64,000 nt of DNA from Camelus ferus (GCF_009834535.1 NC_045697.1:63738001-63802000), one strand, 5' to 3'; counted from the first letter of the stretch, positions 40,286 to 54,048 are shown. A program made the numbers and translations. Notes: generated by a model from the letters alone, not told the origin.

Positions 40286-41574
40286 CCTCTTGGATGAGGG
40301 CAGATCACCATACAGCTGGCACTAGACTGCATCTTACTAGCCCTCTGTGAAATTCTTGTTATCAAATTACATTCTAGTAAGAAGCTATCAGTCTCGATTG
40401 AGATGCATTATAAGAAACAGCCCCATAAAATGTATCACAATGTTTACTGTCAGGATGGTTTAGAGGATATTATATTAAACAGTAATTTTTTCTGTGAGGA
40501 CCCACAGGAAAATCTTCTCCATGGTGTCAACATCAGGAATAATTAGGCAACTGGTTTGTTTTAAGTCATGAACATAGCAATTGATCCCTTCTCCCTTTTC
40601 TAGAAAGCTCTCTGACCCTACTTTAAGCCAGGTATAGGAACTTTAGGGAGTACATATTGTATGCTAATTTATTTCTGGGCCCCATCTTATTTTCCTATTA
40701 TTGTTTTCACATTGTTTCATTTTAAAACTTTATTTCTATCACGCTACATTTTCCTTTGGAAGCTTCATCAACTCTGTTTTAGACACACAGCGGGGTATGA
40801 ATAAATAAAATATTCTGGATTTATTTATTTAATTTTTCTATTTTGTGGGGAGGAAGGGGGCCTGGAAAATGTTTATAGTTCTAATATTTTCCTCTATTAA
40901 CAACACTTAGAAGTGAAGTGTAGAAAGTTAGGACAAATTCTTAGATACACTGCATATAGAACTCGAGGAAAAGAACTGTTAAAAAAGAAAACAAAAAATA
41001 AATACAATACTACACAAACGTCACACGGGACAAATATAAAAATGTTAACCAACCAAGTCATTTCTCTTTTTTGATATCAAAACCAGAGGAAATGGGCTTT
41101 GATTACAGGAAGAAGAATGTCAATTGGACACATGGGCAGGTTATTTACTTAACAAACATATTGAGTGCCACAGCAAAACAGAGCACTAGACTTTGGGAGC
41201 ATGAAGATGAGTAAGACAGCATCCCTGTCCTCAGGAGACTTGTGTGACCAGGCAGTAATGCGGCATGGTCTAAGGAGGGCGCAGACAGCCTATCTCAGTA
41301 GCCACATACTAGCTGTACGACCTCTCTAAGCTTCTTTCTCACAGTTGTAAAGACAAATGACACATGTAACATGCTTAGAAGAAGCAGTTGTTACTTATAA
41401 AATCCTAGACTACTGAAAGTAAGAAGCAACACATCACTGGAAGCTGGAGGGAAAAGACTTTAAGATAAAAAAAAACAAAAAAACTGAAGTGCTACATTTA
41501 TCAGAGATCATGGAGCCTCAGAACTGGTAGAAAGAACCAGACTGGCCAGTTTTGCACAGGACTGAACAGTTTAG

Positions 41575-41730
41575 AAAGTGCTTGCACATACAGAATGTTT
41601 TATTTATTTCTGACACAGTCCCATCTTCAGGATGGAAAAACTGAGCTTCAGAGAATTTCTGTACCTTTAATACTTCCTATTGCATGGCCCTTAGATCTCC
41701 TGGCTAGAAATGCAGTGCTCTTTCTACTCC
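41575..41730 (-). mobile_element. MIR SINE relic
   Basis: CCCATCTTCAGGATGGAAAAACTGAGCTTCAGAGA...AGATCTCCTGGCT...CAGTGCTCTTTCTACT. Confidence 0.5.
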
Positions 41731-44182
41731 AGAAAGGAGGGTTTAGAGAACATCTAGCATGACTTCTCACTTTAAAGTATTTGCTTATTATGTGGATCAG
41801 ATCAACCTCAGATCGAAACATAGCCTGTAAAATATAATTTCATACCATAAAAAGTGTACCAAAACAGCCATTTTAGGCAACAGATATTAGCATACTCCCC
41901 CTTAACACCTGTATGACTGCCAAAAAAAAAGGCAAAAAAAAAAAAAAAAAAAATCCGGAACTCATCACTTGACTCCTATAGAAGTGCTTTTGTAGGACTT
42001 GAGAAAGTTCTTGTTTTAATAGTATAATGATAGTGCTTACTGATGTTTATTTTCTTCTCAGTTTTCAGAAAACACTCTATAACAATACTATATCAGGCTT
42101 ATTGTTAATAGTAATTTTTCAGTACTGATGTTATAGTGTTTTATTTTTCTTGGACAGTTGTATCCTAATTGTAATTTAAACTAAGTTGTCCAAAGCCTTG
42201 TACTACTTTGATGATTTTCTTTTGCCAAATATTCTGAAAGCTGAAGGAAGATCTTGTTAAGAGGTCTTGGGGGCGAATATGATAAGGTTGACCTGTTCCA
42301 AGTATTACATATTTACAGCAATAGCTAGTGTTTAGTAAATTGCTATTATAATGCTTTTCATAATTGCAAATCTTTTTTACAGCCTTTTAGTGTACCCTGG
42401 ACTTATAGCAGAATGACAGCAGCGACTTAGTCTTGTTTCTGCTGTAGGTATTCTATAAATATTCAATAAATATCAGCTGAATGAATGAGTGCTTTAACAG
42501 TTAATTTGCCTGATATGTTTATGATTTAAGCATTATACTAAGAAAGTGTAGACCCAACAAAATATTGACAGGGTTGTGTGCCTATTAGAACAGTCATAAT
42601 TTACCTATAGTTATTAACATTGTGCTAGTTAGAGCTAGCATCCCTACCTATATGTGCTACAGAAAGAAACATCTGTCACTCTTATGACGGAAAACAAAAC
42701 AAAGCAAAACAAAACAACACTCTAGGAATTACCAGAGTAATAGTAAGAGTAAAAGAGTTATAGATATAATATCCATGAATATAATCTGTAAGAATTTTCC
42801 TTTTCTAGAAGGTATCTTCAAACCCCTGAGAACATATGCATGATGATTTCAGATGTCTACATGGGGGTCTGTAGTCACTTAAATATCAATTGATTTTTTT
42901 TAAAAAGGCATTTTGGTACATAGTATATAAATGTAGCTCCTAAAACTTGTCATAGCCTTAGCTTAATAGTCAGGTCATTACATTCTTGTCTTTATCAACA
43001 GAAATGATTTATGATTATAACTGTTTTCTACTCTTCATTTGATACAGATATAATCCAAGTTTTCCAAGAGGTATTGTGCCCTGGATTTAAAATCAGGTTT
43101 AGAGCACATAGATGAACTTATTTTGATGCCACTATATTCATTCTTAATTAGGACAGGAGATGCTGAAAATTTATTTAGTGATAAAGTTAATAATTCTCTC
43201 GCTGTAGCATCTGGTCTCCAGTGGCCTGGAGTCATTGTCTAACCTGAATTTGAGAATAGTTGAGAAAGTTTTTCTATATGACCTCATTTGAATTATAGTC
43301 ATTGATATAGCAAGTCCAAATTCATCTGGAAATTGCCTGAATACCTTGGTGTCCTTGGCCTAGTATTTCTGTGAATCCAAGTGAAATAGCTGAGGACCAC
43401 CGAGAAATATAATTTGGTTAGTTCTGGGGTTTTCAAATTTCAAATTATAATTTGTTCCTTCCCAAAGGATTATATATACATATATATATAAGCTTATGAT
43501 TTACAGATATATGGATTTTTTAAATGATGTAAAACATAAATTGAGCATTTGTTATTTGAACTTTAAAGTTTTGATTAATAATTTATTAACATTTGAATTT
43601 AAATGAGTGGTTTTATTTTTTAATTTAAATTATTAAAAAGTATTTTAAATATTTAGAAATAATCATGTTCAGGATAACTGAATAATCTAGCCTTTAAATG
43701 CAGCTACTTTCTAGATACAAAATACTTGGAAATACAAAAATTTAGTTTAAAGTGATAAATGCAAAAATGTTCTAGTTTTTTTTTTTTGAGAACAAAGAAG
43801 ATATCATTTAGAAAACTTTCTTTAACATTTTTATATGTTCAAATTAACTACATGGCTTGAATCATTTAAAATTTAAGTGATGGACCTTTTTCTAGGCATT
43901 AAGTACCCTTTAGAAGCAGTTTCTTTTCCCTATCCAAGGCTGAATGACCAACTAATTCACCTAGGAGCCACTTCAAATCTCTCATATCAATCACTGTCCT
44001 CTTCAATGTCAACTATTAACTTTAGAAACTGAAAACGAAGGGTATGCAAATTTTGCTTGTATCATCTCACTTTTTTCTATTATTATTCACTGACTCATTG
44101 AATCTCCTTTGCTTTACTCCCCTTTCTTTATCCTAGAATATTGTCTGGGAGTTCCCTCATTGCAGCATAAGTCTGATGCAAA

Positions 44183-44218
44183 TGTTGTCCTCTTCTGTGC
44201 TGTTGTCCTCTTCTGTCC
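44183..44218. repeat. 18-bp tandem duplication with one mismatch
   Basis: TGTTGTCCTCTTCTGTGC at 44183-44200 and TGTTGTCCTCTTCTGTCC at 44201-44218. Confidence 0.9.
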
Positions 44219-45019
44219 TGTAGGCAGGTCACTGAATAGTCCATACAGATGTCTACTAGGTACATGCAGTAGTCACATGGACATCTCTTTGACCCCCACC
44301 ATCCCCCACTGTTGAAATCTATGAACCCTTCCATAACTTGATTTACTAAGGTTCCTGCATTCCATAGTTTCCTTATCGTAAGCCAAGTCTTCATCATGCC
44401 CATTGGTTCAGATTGGCATCTGTTTCCTTCACAAAGGTCTCTTCCAGTGAACAAGAGGCACAACCCAGGGAAACATCTCTAGTCATATATAATACTAGAT
44501 GCATGGTACTGAGTTTCGCATCCAACTATCAGGTTTCTTTTTAGAGTTTCAGTACCTTCAGAGACTCTAGCATCATAAACCTACTCTGATTTTTTCCAAA
44601 TTTCTGCAAGCTCCTTTGAACACCAAAGTCGCTTTTCCTCTTGTCATGCAGCAAGAACTTATATACAATTTCCTTTATCGTTTCTACACTGTTAGTGCAG
44701 ACATCTAAGCCTGCTCTTCATATGTAAAGGGAATTTTTTGAAGCCTTACTTTCAAGACTGTCTTTTAAGGACTTGAAAAAAAAAAAGATTCTAAAAAGAA
44801 ACTGAGAGCTAAGTAATGACCTCTCTGTTTCAGACTGTATTCACGTACACTTCCTACAGGAATGAGTATCAAAGAATTAAAAGATGGGGAGCTGTAGGCC
44901 AATCTGATTTACATAAAGGAAAACAAACATTTATTTCATGGTTTCAAAGTATTATCCCCTCCCAATATGAATTACATTGCTTATTATTTTATCCTTTAAA
45001 AAGTCTTGGAAACAGATGA

Positions 45020-45170
45020 AACTTACTTTGAATCCTAACTTCATTGGATACTTAGACTTCAGTTTCCTCATCTGTAGAATGTAGTAACACTGCCTACCTG
45101 GTCATTATAAATGAGTTAGAATAATGCCTGAAACACAATAAATACTTTCTAATATTTGCTATTAACATTA
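45020..45170 (+). mobile_element. MIR SINE relic
   Basis: CTTCAGTTTCCTCATCTGTAGAATG...TAACACTGCCTACCT...AATGAGTTAGAATAATGCCTGAAACACAATAAATACT. Confidence 0.7.
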
Positions 45171-45556
45171 CTGTCAAGGTAGTATTTAATATGCACTATT
45201 TAATTGATGATTGATGATTAAAGATAAAACTGTAGGTAAATCCCAAGCACCATGTTTAGCTTTTAGAAAGCTCTCTACAGAAGTTCATTACTTTTCTCAA
45301 GCATTCCTTTCTTGTTTCACAATTTCCTTATCTCTGTTCTGAGTAACATAATCTCTTGCCCCCTAAATAGTCCTATTGTCATTAAGTATTTATTTCTGTT
45401 ATATATTGTTTCTTTTTTCCCACTGACTCTATTCTTATATTTAAATACTCTCTTTTCTTTAAAAAAAATCTGCTTCAGATTTTCTTCTTTCTAGTGCCAA
45501 ACTTCTTGGATACATATTGGATATGTGTATTCCTATGACTACCCAGCCTTAGGAAT

Positions 45557-46028
45557 ATTGTAGAATTTCCTTACTTTAAGAATCTTAGTAAAATATCATT
45601 TCTCACTAGAGAAGCTGGAAATGCCAGTTACTCACTTCCCCAGCGTCCTTTACTACTAGGGTGGGGACACATGACCCAGACTCCATTAACCTGGTGTTCA
45701 TATTCCAAAGACAGTCATAGCTAGCTGCTCTTAAGGCAGTTTCCACAGTTGCATGGAGACTGAGGACTTAGGACAGTAGTGAACATGGTGTTAATGGTAT
45801 ATCCTTTGTCCAGAGGAAGCTGACTTAAAAGTGCAAACTTTAATACTGAGATGTGATGTAGTGTGTCCTTGTTGGATCCTGTCTGTGAAATGCATGGCCC
45901 TGAACTTGGTTTCCCAGCCCTTTTTTCATTTCTGGTAACTATTCAATATCCTTGTAATAAATACCTTTTCTGCTTCACTCAGCCAGAGTTGGTCTCTCTT
46001 ACTTACAACCAAGAACCCTGACTGAAAT
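45557..46028 (+). mobile_element. ERVL-class solo LTR (LTR33-like)
   Basis: The 3' end AATAAATACCTTTTCTGCTTCACTCAGCCAGAGTTGGTCTCTCTTACTTACAACCAAGAACCCTGACTGA and the internal CACATGACCCAG are typical of LTR33. Confidence 0.7.
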
Positions 46029-46049
46029 GAAAGAGTAGCCTGCTTGTGC

Positions 46050-46880
46050 TGTTTTATCCCCTTTCCTTCTGTTTTGCCTTTAACTCACTGCCAAGCATGT
46101 TCATCTGCAAAGAAGCTGGTCTCTTCTGGGGCAAAGTGACCTAACAATTGCCAAATAAACAAGCCTCACTCTTGACCCTGCTGAGACTCACCATACCACA
46201 GGGCAAGGTGAAACTCCCTTTCCTGTGAAACATTGTCTTCCTCTCCTGATTCTTTTCCTACCCTTAATTCCTGCCTTCCAGTATTTTACTTTGTCTTCTT
46301 CCCACGGACTTGAGATTGAATTTTGCTTCTGCTCCCTGATTTGATTATTTTGTCATGATATTCCTATAGATTTCCATCAGAGAATTTTTCTACCTCCACA
46401 ACTTTGTTTCCTTTGAGATTTCCAACTTCAAATTACAAGCCTTTTTTTTTTACTTTAATATTATTGGATGTCATGTCCAATATTATGCCCAGATTTCAAA
46501 ATGCTCGCTGGATAACTGTCTACCACATATGGTAGTGTGTCCCAGACTTGACTGTCCCACTAAACCTCGTCCACCTAGCAAGTTCTCTATTTTAGTTAGT
46601 GACAAGTATTCAGTTGCTGAGAGTTGTCAAATGTTCTCTTTTCATTTCCTTTTTGTCCCTACTTCTCATTAGTAACAAAACTTGTTTCTATCCCTGAAAC
46701 ATCTTTATCACTTTTTTAGCCCATCCCCTTGGCAGAACCTTGGTTTGGCTCTCGTTATATTTTAATTGCCTTCTGTTGTCTTTGATTCTGTCTTCTTTGA
46801 ATCTATTCCTGCATTTTTGGCAACATTTTCTTCTGACAATACAGCTGTGATGATGTTTCTTTGCTAGTCAAAAAAAAATC
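46050..46880 (+). mobile_element. LINE-2 relic
   Basis: CTCTTGACCCTGCTGAGAC...CTCCCTTTCCTGTGAAACATTGTCTTC and ATTATTTTAATTGCCTTCT-like segments are typical of L2 ORF2. Highly diverged. Confidence 0.4.
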
Positions 46881-47010
46881 TGGTTTTTACAACACAGTAT
46901 CTTAATTATTTATTCTTAGATTTCTAACCTTGGTTTTTCTAACAGTATCTACTGTGGACAATGTATGTTGGTAACATTTATACTCATAAAAATGGGCTTT
47001 CTAATCCATG

Positions 47011-50000
47011 TTTTTAATTGAGTTGTATTTAATGTACAATATTATATTAGTTTCAGTATGTATGTATGTATTATATTACTACAACATACTTTTCTACATT
47101 TTCATACTTTATGAAATAATCACTGCAGTAAGTCCAGTTACCATCCATCACCATAAAAAATTGCTACATTATTGACTATATTATTACCTGTGTATACATT
47201 ACATTGCTGTGACTTATTTACTTTATAGCTAAAAGTTCGTACTCTTAATCTTCTTCACCTTTTCTATCTGTCCCCCCGCCTCCCCCTGAGTTCGTTCCCC
47301 TTGGGTAGCCACTAGTTTGTTCTCTGTATCTATGAGTCTGTTTCTGCTTTGTTTCTCCATTTGTTTGGTTTTTTTAGATTGCATAAATAAATGAAATCAT
47401 ACTGTATTTTTTTGCTGATTTATTTCACTTAGCATAATACCCTCCAGGTCCATTCATGTTACCACAAATGTTACTACAAGATTTCACTTTTTTATTGAGT
47501 AATGTTGCATTGTATGCATATACTACATGTTCTTTATCCATTCATCTATGGATGGACACTTAGGCTGCTTCCATATCTTGGTTATTATAAATAGTGTTGT
47601 AATGAACAGAGGGGTACATATGTCTTTTTGAATTAGTATTTTTGTTTTCTTTGGATAAATAACCAGAAGGAGAATTGCTGGATCATGTGGTAGTTCTTTA
47701 TTAAGTTTTTTGAGAAACCTCCATTCTGTTTTCCATAGTGGCTGTACCAATTTACAGTGCCACCAGTAGTGCATTAGGGTTCCCTTTTCTCCACATTCTT
47801 GCTAATACCTGTTTCTTATCTTTTTGATAATACCCATGATGACAGTTGTGTAAGGTGGTATCTCATTATGGTTTTGATTTACATTTCCCTCATTATTAGT
47901 GATACTGAGTACCGTTTCATAGCCTGATGGCCATCTATATGTCTTCTCTGGAAAAATATTTACTCAGATCATCTGCCCATTTTTTACTTGCTTGTTTTTG
48001 GTATTGAGTTGTAAGAGATTTTTGTATATTTTGGGTACAAACGCCATATTGGATATATTGTTTACAAATATCATCTCTTATTCAGTGATGATTTTGTTAG
48101 TGGTTTCTTTCATTGTGCAAAAGCTTTTTAGTTTGATGTAGTCTAATTTATTTATTTTGGGTTTTGTTACCCTTGCCTGAGAAGATGTATCTGAAAAAAA
48201 TACTGCTAATACTGATATCAAAGAGGTTACTGCCTATGTTTTCTTCTAGAAGTTTTATGATTTAAGGTCTCATTGAAGTCTGTAATTAATTTTGAGTTAA
48301 TTTTTGTAATGTATTGTAAAAAAGGGTTCCAGTTCATTCTTTTGCATTTGGTTGTCTAGTTTTCCCAACACTATTTATTGAAGAGGTGGTTTTTTTCCGC
48401 TTTGTATATTCATGCCTTCTTTATCCTAGATTAATTGCTTATATGAGCACAGGTTTATTTCTGGACTCATTTTTGTTCCATTAAGCTATGTGTCCGTTTT
48501 TGTCCCAGTGTCATAATGTCTCGATTACTACAGCTTTGTAGTATGCTTTGAAATCAGGGACTGTGATACCTCCATCTTTGTTCTTCTTTCTTATAATTGT
48601 TTTGGCTATTCAGGGTCTTTTGTGGGTGTACACAAATTTTAGAATTATTTATTCTACTTCTGTGAAAAGTGCCATTAGTATCTGACCAGGATTGCATTGA
48701 ATCTATAGATTGCTTTGGGTAGTATGGACTATCTAAAAATAATGATTGTTCCAGTTCATGAGCATGGTATATCTTTCCATTTATGTGTGTTATCTTCAAT
48801 TTCTTTCACCACTGTCATAGTTTTCAGAGTACAGGTCTTTCACTTTCTTGGTTAAATTTATTCCTAGTTATTTTATGTTTTTAATTGAATGAAAGATTCT
48901 TTAATTCTCTAGTGCTTTAACATTTTCAAAAGTTTCACATGCATGGTTTTATATAATCCCATAATTATGCTAAGTGAAATAAGTCAGAGAAAGACAAATA
49001 CTGTATGATATTGTATCACTTATATGTGGACCCTAAAAATACAAAAAAAGACTAATGAATAAAACAGAAGAAAATCAGACTCATAGATATAAAAAACAAA
49101 CTGAGAGGGAAGGAGAAAGGGACAGTATTTGGGTAGGGGATAAAAATGGGTCTTTTTTTTATGCAATTGTAAATGAGATTGTTTTCTTCATTTCTCTTTC
49201 TGTGGGTTTTAGTGTATAGAAATCCAAGAGATTTCTGTATATTAATTTTGTATTCTGCAACTTTACTGAATTCATTTATTAATCTTAATAGTTTTTTTTT
49301 TTTTTGGTGGAGTCTTTGGGGTTTTCTAAATCATGTATCATGTCATCTGCAAATAATGACAGTTTTACTCCTTTCTTTCTGATTTGGATGTCTTTTATTC
49401 CTTTGTCATGCCTAATTGCTCGGCTAGGACTTTTAATACTATGTTGAATAAAGGTGGTGAGAACGGGGATCCTTGTCTTGTTCCTAATCTTACAGGAAAA
49501 ATTTTCAGCTTTCTACCAGTGAATATAATGTTAGGTGTAGATTTGTCATATATGAGCTTTATTATTTTGATGTATTTTCACTCTATACCCACTTTATTGA
49601 AAATTTTTTATCATAAATGGATACTGAATTTTGTCAAATACTTTTCCTTCATCTATTGAGATGATCATATGATTTTTTTCCTTCATTTTGTTAATGTGGT
49701 TTACATATTGATTGATTTACAGATGTTAAACGTTCCATCTTTGGAATGAATCCCACTTAATCATGGTGTGTGATCCTTTTAATGTGTTGCTGAATTTGGT
49801 TTGCTAATATTGTGTTGAGCACTTTTGCATCTATGTTCATCAGAAATATTGGTTTGTAATTCTCTTTTTTTGTGTGGTGTCTTTGTCTGGTATTTGGTAT
49901 CAGGATAATACTGACTTTGTAAAATGAGTTTGAAATTTTTTCTTTTTCAATTTTTTGGGATGATTTGAGGAAGATAGGTATTAACTCTTCTTTAAATGTT

Positions 50001-52140
50001 TGGTAGAATTTAACTGTGAAGCCATCTGAACCTGAACTTTGGTTTGGGAATTTTTTTACTAATGATTGAGTTTCATTACTAATAATCAGTCTGTTCTGAT
50101 TTTCCAGTTCTTCATGATTCATTCTTGGAAGATTGTATGTTTTGGGAATTTATCCATTTCTTCTTGTTTGTCCAGTTTATTGGTATATAATTGCTCACAG
50201 TAGTCTCTTATGACTCTTTATTTTCCTCTGATATCAACTGTAACTTAGCCTCTGTCATTTCTGTCTTTATTTATTTGGGCTCTCTCCCTTTTTTCTATCA
50301 ATTAGTCTGGCTAAAAATTTATCAGTTTTGTTTATCTTTTCAAAGAACAGGCTTAGTGTCATTGACCTTTCCAGTTTCTCTTAGTTTCTGTTTTATTTAT
50401 TTCCACTCCAATCTTTATTACTTCCTTTCTTCTACTAACTATAAGCATTGCTTGTTCTTTTCTAGTCCTTTAAATGTACATTTAAATTGTTTACTTAAAA
50501 TTTTGTTTGTTTCTTGGGCTTGGTCTCTTATCACTATGAACTTCCCTCTTAGAACTGCTTTTGCTGTGTTCCATAGGTTTTGGACATTTGTGTTTCCATT
50601 TTCATTTGTATCAAGCTATTTTTTAAATTTCTTCTTCAGTTTGTTTTTTAGCATGTTGTTTAGTCTTCACTTGCTTGTGTTTTTTCTTTTTTTTTTTTTT
50701 CAGTTTTCTTCTTGTAGTTGATCTCTAGTTTTATACCATTGTTGTCAGAAAAAAAAAATGTTTAATATGACTTCACTCTTCTTAAATTTATTGAGACTTG
50801 TTTTGTAGCCCAACATGTTATCTATCCTGAAGAATGTTCCCTGTGCACTTGAAAAAAAAAAATTCTAAGGTGAATTTCTTGTAGGTGGAATATAGATGGT
50901 CTTGTTTTTTAATACATTCAATACCCTGTGTCTTTTGATTGAAGCATTTAGTCCATTTACATTTAACGTAATTATAGGTAAACATGTACTTATTGCTGTT
51001 ATGGTAATTCTGGGTTTTTTATTTTTTTTTTTAGTTTTTCTCTGTTCCTATCATCTTCTTTTGTGATTTGATAGACTTCTTTAGTCTTATGTTTGGATTC
51101 CTTTCTCTATAAATTTTGTGTATCCTTTGGAAGTTTTTGTTATGTGGTTACCATGAGGTTCATGCTGTGTGTGTTTATATTTATCAACCTGTATATTACA
51201 GCTGTCTGTTTTAAGCTGATTGTCGCTTAAGTTCAAATGAATTCTGAAAGAAAGACATTTTTACCCCCCACAAACATTTTATGTTTTTGACATCATATTT
51301 TACACCTTTTTATTTTGGATGTCCCTTATTATTTACAGTAGTTATAGTTGATTATACTATTTTTGTCTTTTAACCTTAATACTAGCTTTTTAAGTGGCTG
51401 ACCCACTGCCTTTAATATATATTTGCTTTTGCCGGTTAGATTTTTCCTTTCATACGTTTTCTTATTTCTATCTGTGGCCTTTTCTTTACCACTTAAAGAA
51501 CAAAAAGACCCTTTAACATTTCTTGTAAGGTCAATTTAGTGATACTAAGAAACAGTTACCTCTCCTTCAATTCTGAGTGATAATCTTGCCAAATAGAGTT
51601 CTGGGTTGTAAAATTTTTTTCTTTTCAGAATTTTAATTATATCTTACCACTCTATTCTGGCCTGTGAATTTCCTGCTGAAAAAATAACTCATAGTCATTT
51701 GGGTTCCTCTTGTCTGTGATTGGTTGGTTTTGTTTTTTGGTTTTTTTTTTAATTGTTATTACTGCCTTTAGATTCTCTCTTTGTCTTTAACTTTTGCCAT
51801 TTTAATTTTAACATGTCTTGGTATGGATCTCTCTCAGTTCATCTTGTTTGGGATTATCTGTGCTTCCTGTATCTGAATATCTGTTTCCTTTCCCAGAGTA
51901 AAGAGGTTTTCAGTCATTATTTCTTCAAATATGTTTTCTGTCCCTTCCTCTGTGTCTTCTTCTGATACCCCTATGATGTGAATGCTGATGCACTTGATGT
52001 TGTCCCAGAGTCCCTTAAACTCTTCATTTAAAAAAAATTCTTTCTTTTGCTGTTCTGATTATGTGATTTCCACTATTCTATCCTTCAAATTACTTATCTT
52101 TTTTTTTCTGTATCTTCTAATCTGTTGTTTATTGCCTCTA
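47011..52140 (-). mobile_element. Old, degenerate ~5-kb LINE-1 (3'UTR, ORF2, inter-ORF spacer, part of ORF1), interrupted by a younger L1
   Basis: Minus-strand ORF2 remnants: 47523-47774 (VQPLWK...[16 protein letters not shown]), 48554-48799 and 49757-50122 (SSGSDGF...[14 protein letters not shown]). An apparent internal deletion lies near 50860. ORF1-like antisense sequence spans 51500-52140. Many stops and frameshifts. Confidence 0.92.
48877..49151 (-). mobile_element. Nested, 5'-inverted (twin-primed) short LINE-1 inside the older L1
   Basis: On the minus strand, 48877-48965 reads ATTATGGGATTATATAAAACCATGCATGTGAAACTTTTGAAAATG...TCTTTCATTCAATTAAAAA, an L1 3' terminus. 48964-49151 is the upstream part of the same 3' region on the plus strand (ATTATGCTAAGTGAAATAAGTCAGAGAAAGACAAATACTG...). 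The host L1 resumes at ~49152 at the point where it broke off. Confidence 0.8.
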
Positions 52141-53582
52141 AATGTTACTTCAGCAGACACACTGCAATTTTACAGAACTGCTGTGTACAGGGAGGTAACC
52201 AATCTTTACTAGCTTCATGGGAAATTTGGGGCATAGTGTTAGAGGTGACACTATACATCTTCCTCATGATCAACTTGAGAATGTTAATATAATTTATAAG
52301 TAACACAAGAAATTGATTTCATGTTAAGCTATATTCTAAAATCAGAAGGTATCTTATATTCTTATACCTGCTGTGACTTACCCATATGCTCTACTGCCTG
52401 AGATTTTTGTAATGTATCCTTTTTAGTTATTTTCATTATTACATTTGTATAAAAATAATAATATTTTTACTCTTCCTTCTTCATATAAGAAAAAATATTC
52501 AAAGATGTCTCTGCAATCTATCTCTCAGACCTGTCTTTGTGGATTACTGGGCACTACAGCCACCCATATTCTTCAGACTCCATTGCTTTCCCACCATACT
52601 TGTTTTCCAGTCTGTGATGATTCACACCATTTCTCTCACAACTCTGCAATGACTTCTCTTTGTTCTTAAGACAGAGCCCCTATTCTTTAAATGGACCAAC
52701 AAAAGACCCTTCATTTCTCTTCTCCCTTGTTTCTGGCCTAACAAGGCCAATGCAGCTGCAAGGTGAACCTATTTTCTAGATTCCCCACATTTGTTAATTT
52801 ACTCAAAACAGAAATATTCTTCTTGATTTTGGTTAACTATGAATGAGAGAAAGTGCTCAACTACAAAAGGCTAAGGGCCAGAGATTAGATTTTTTTCTTA
52901 AGAAACATTATTTTACTAATATATTTGTGTTTTGAAAATTTCTTGAATATAGTCATAAATATATTCTACTAGTGAGTAGATCTCAAATACTAACATTTAC
53001 AGAATCATTTAGATTGCATTGACCTCAGAGCTCTGCTGTTTTAATTAGAGGAGATGAGACAAGAGAGAGTACCCTCTGCCATTGTAAAGAAACAGCACAG
53101 CCTTGGCTGCTGATACCAGAATAAGGAAAGTCTGAATGGCTAAGAGTAGGTGCTTGTGGGGATACAGAGAGGGAAGACAGAGGCAAGAAAGAAGTTTAAA
53201 GGGTCATGACCACTCACCTGCCCAGACTTTACTAATCGATCTAAGCATTGTGATACTCTTTACTGATTACTAGAAGAAACAAGATATTGGTAAATATATG
53301 AATTTGATGAATTGATAATTTGGTAAATTGTTGTTTTCAGTGAACTGGCCATTTATGAAGTGGCTTTTAGTGCGTTGAACCATCTGTTTAAGACAACCTC
53401 ACCCTTCCCCTTATTATTCTAATCATACTCACTTCCTTTGGGTTCCTCCAGTTGCATTCCCTTGTTTATTATTAACTATTTCCTGTTGTTCCAAATTCAC
53501 TTCTTACTATTCTGCAGAATAAACTCTTACTTTTCAAACACAGGCTTAAAAGTCAGTTCTCGGGGAAGTCTTCTTTAGTTCC

Positions 53583-54048
53583 TGTACTGATCAAGGATCC
53601 TAGTTCAGAAAAGAAATCTACTCCAACAATTTTACACACTAATAACATGGATTTATTAAAGTAGGGCTAACTCTTGAATGTGAGGAATTGGCTCAAGTTG
53701 CAGGCTATAGGCTAATCTTTTAAGAACAACTCCTGAAACTACACCAAAGTAATGCACTTCCAAAGGAGCTGTGTCCTTTGTCAAAATCAAGCTTCATTCT
53801 CAGGAAGTTCCTGATCCCATTTTCACCAAAGCTCCTGACCCCAGAACGGAACAACTCCCCCCATGATTCATGTGAGCAAAACATATGTCATCTCCCTTTG
53901 ATTTCCCCTTGGGTGAATACATTTTAATTGGCAGGACTCATCTAGTTTCTGGGTAGATTTGGAAATGGAGTTTTAAGCTTTCGAGCCCCAGTTTGACAAG
54001 AAGGCATTCTGAAAGGAGGATGACAGAGTCAATCCAAAGAATCCCCTA
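53583..54048 (-). mobile_element. Old ERVL/MaLR-class LTR inserted in an L2 relic
   Basis: Starts TGTACTGATCAAGGATCC and ends GAGTCAATCCAAAGAATCC, with TTTAATTGGCAGGACT and TTTGGAAATGGAGTTTTAAGCTTT inside. Family uncertain. Confidence 0.45.

Noticed and set aside
15699..43070. Other + strand mini-exon candidates (15699-15729, 25540-25582, 34744-34749, 43048-43070) and AG|GT recursive-splice-like sites (~9050, ~31644)
   Set aside because: Donors or acceptors are weak, most lengths are not multiples of three, and no peptide is recognisable. The number seen is compatible with chance.
46986..49150. Direct repeats ATGTTTTTAATTGA (47008-47021 and 48875-48888) and ATAAAAATGGG (46986-46996 and 49140-49150), suggesting TSDs or templated repair
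   Set aside because: The first is explained by both sites being antisense L1 3' termini. The second is short, AT-rich and lies within the nested L1's own 3'UTR sequence.
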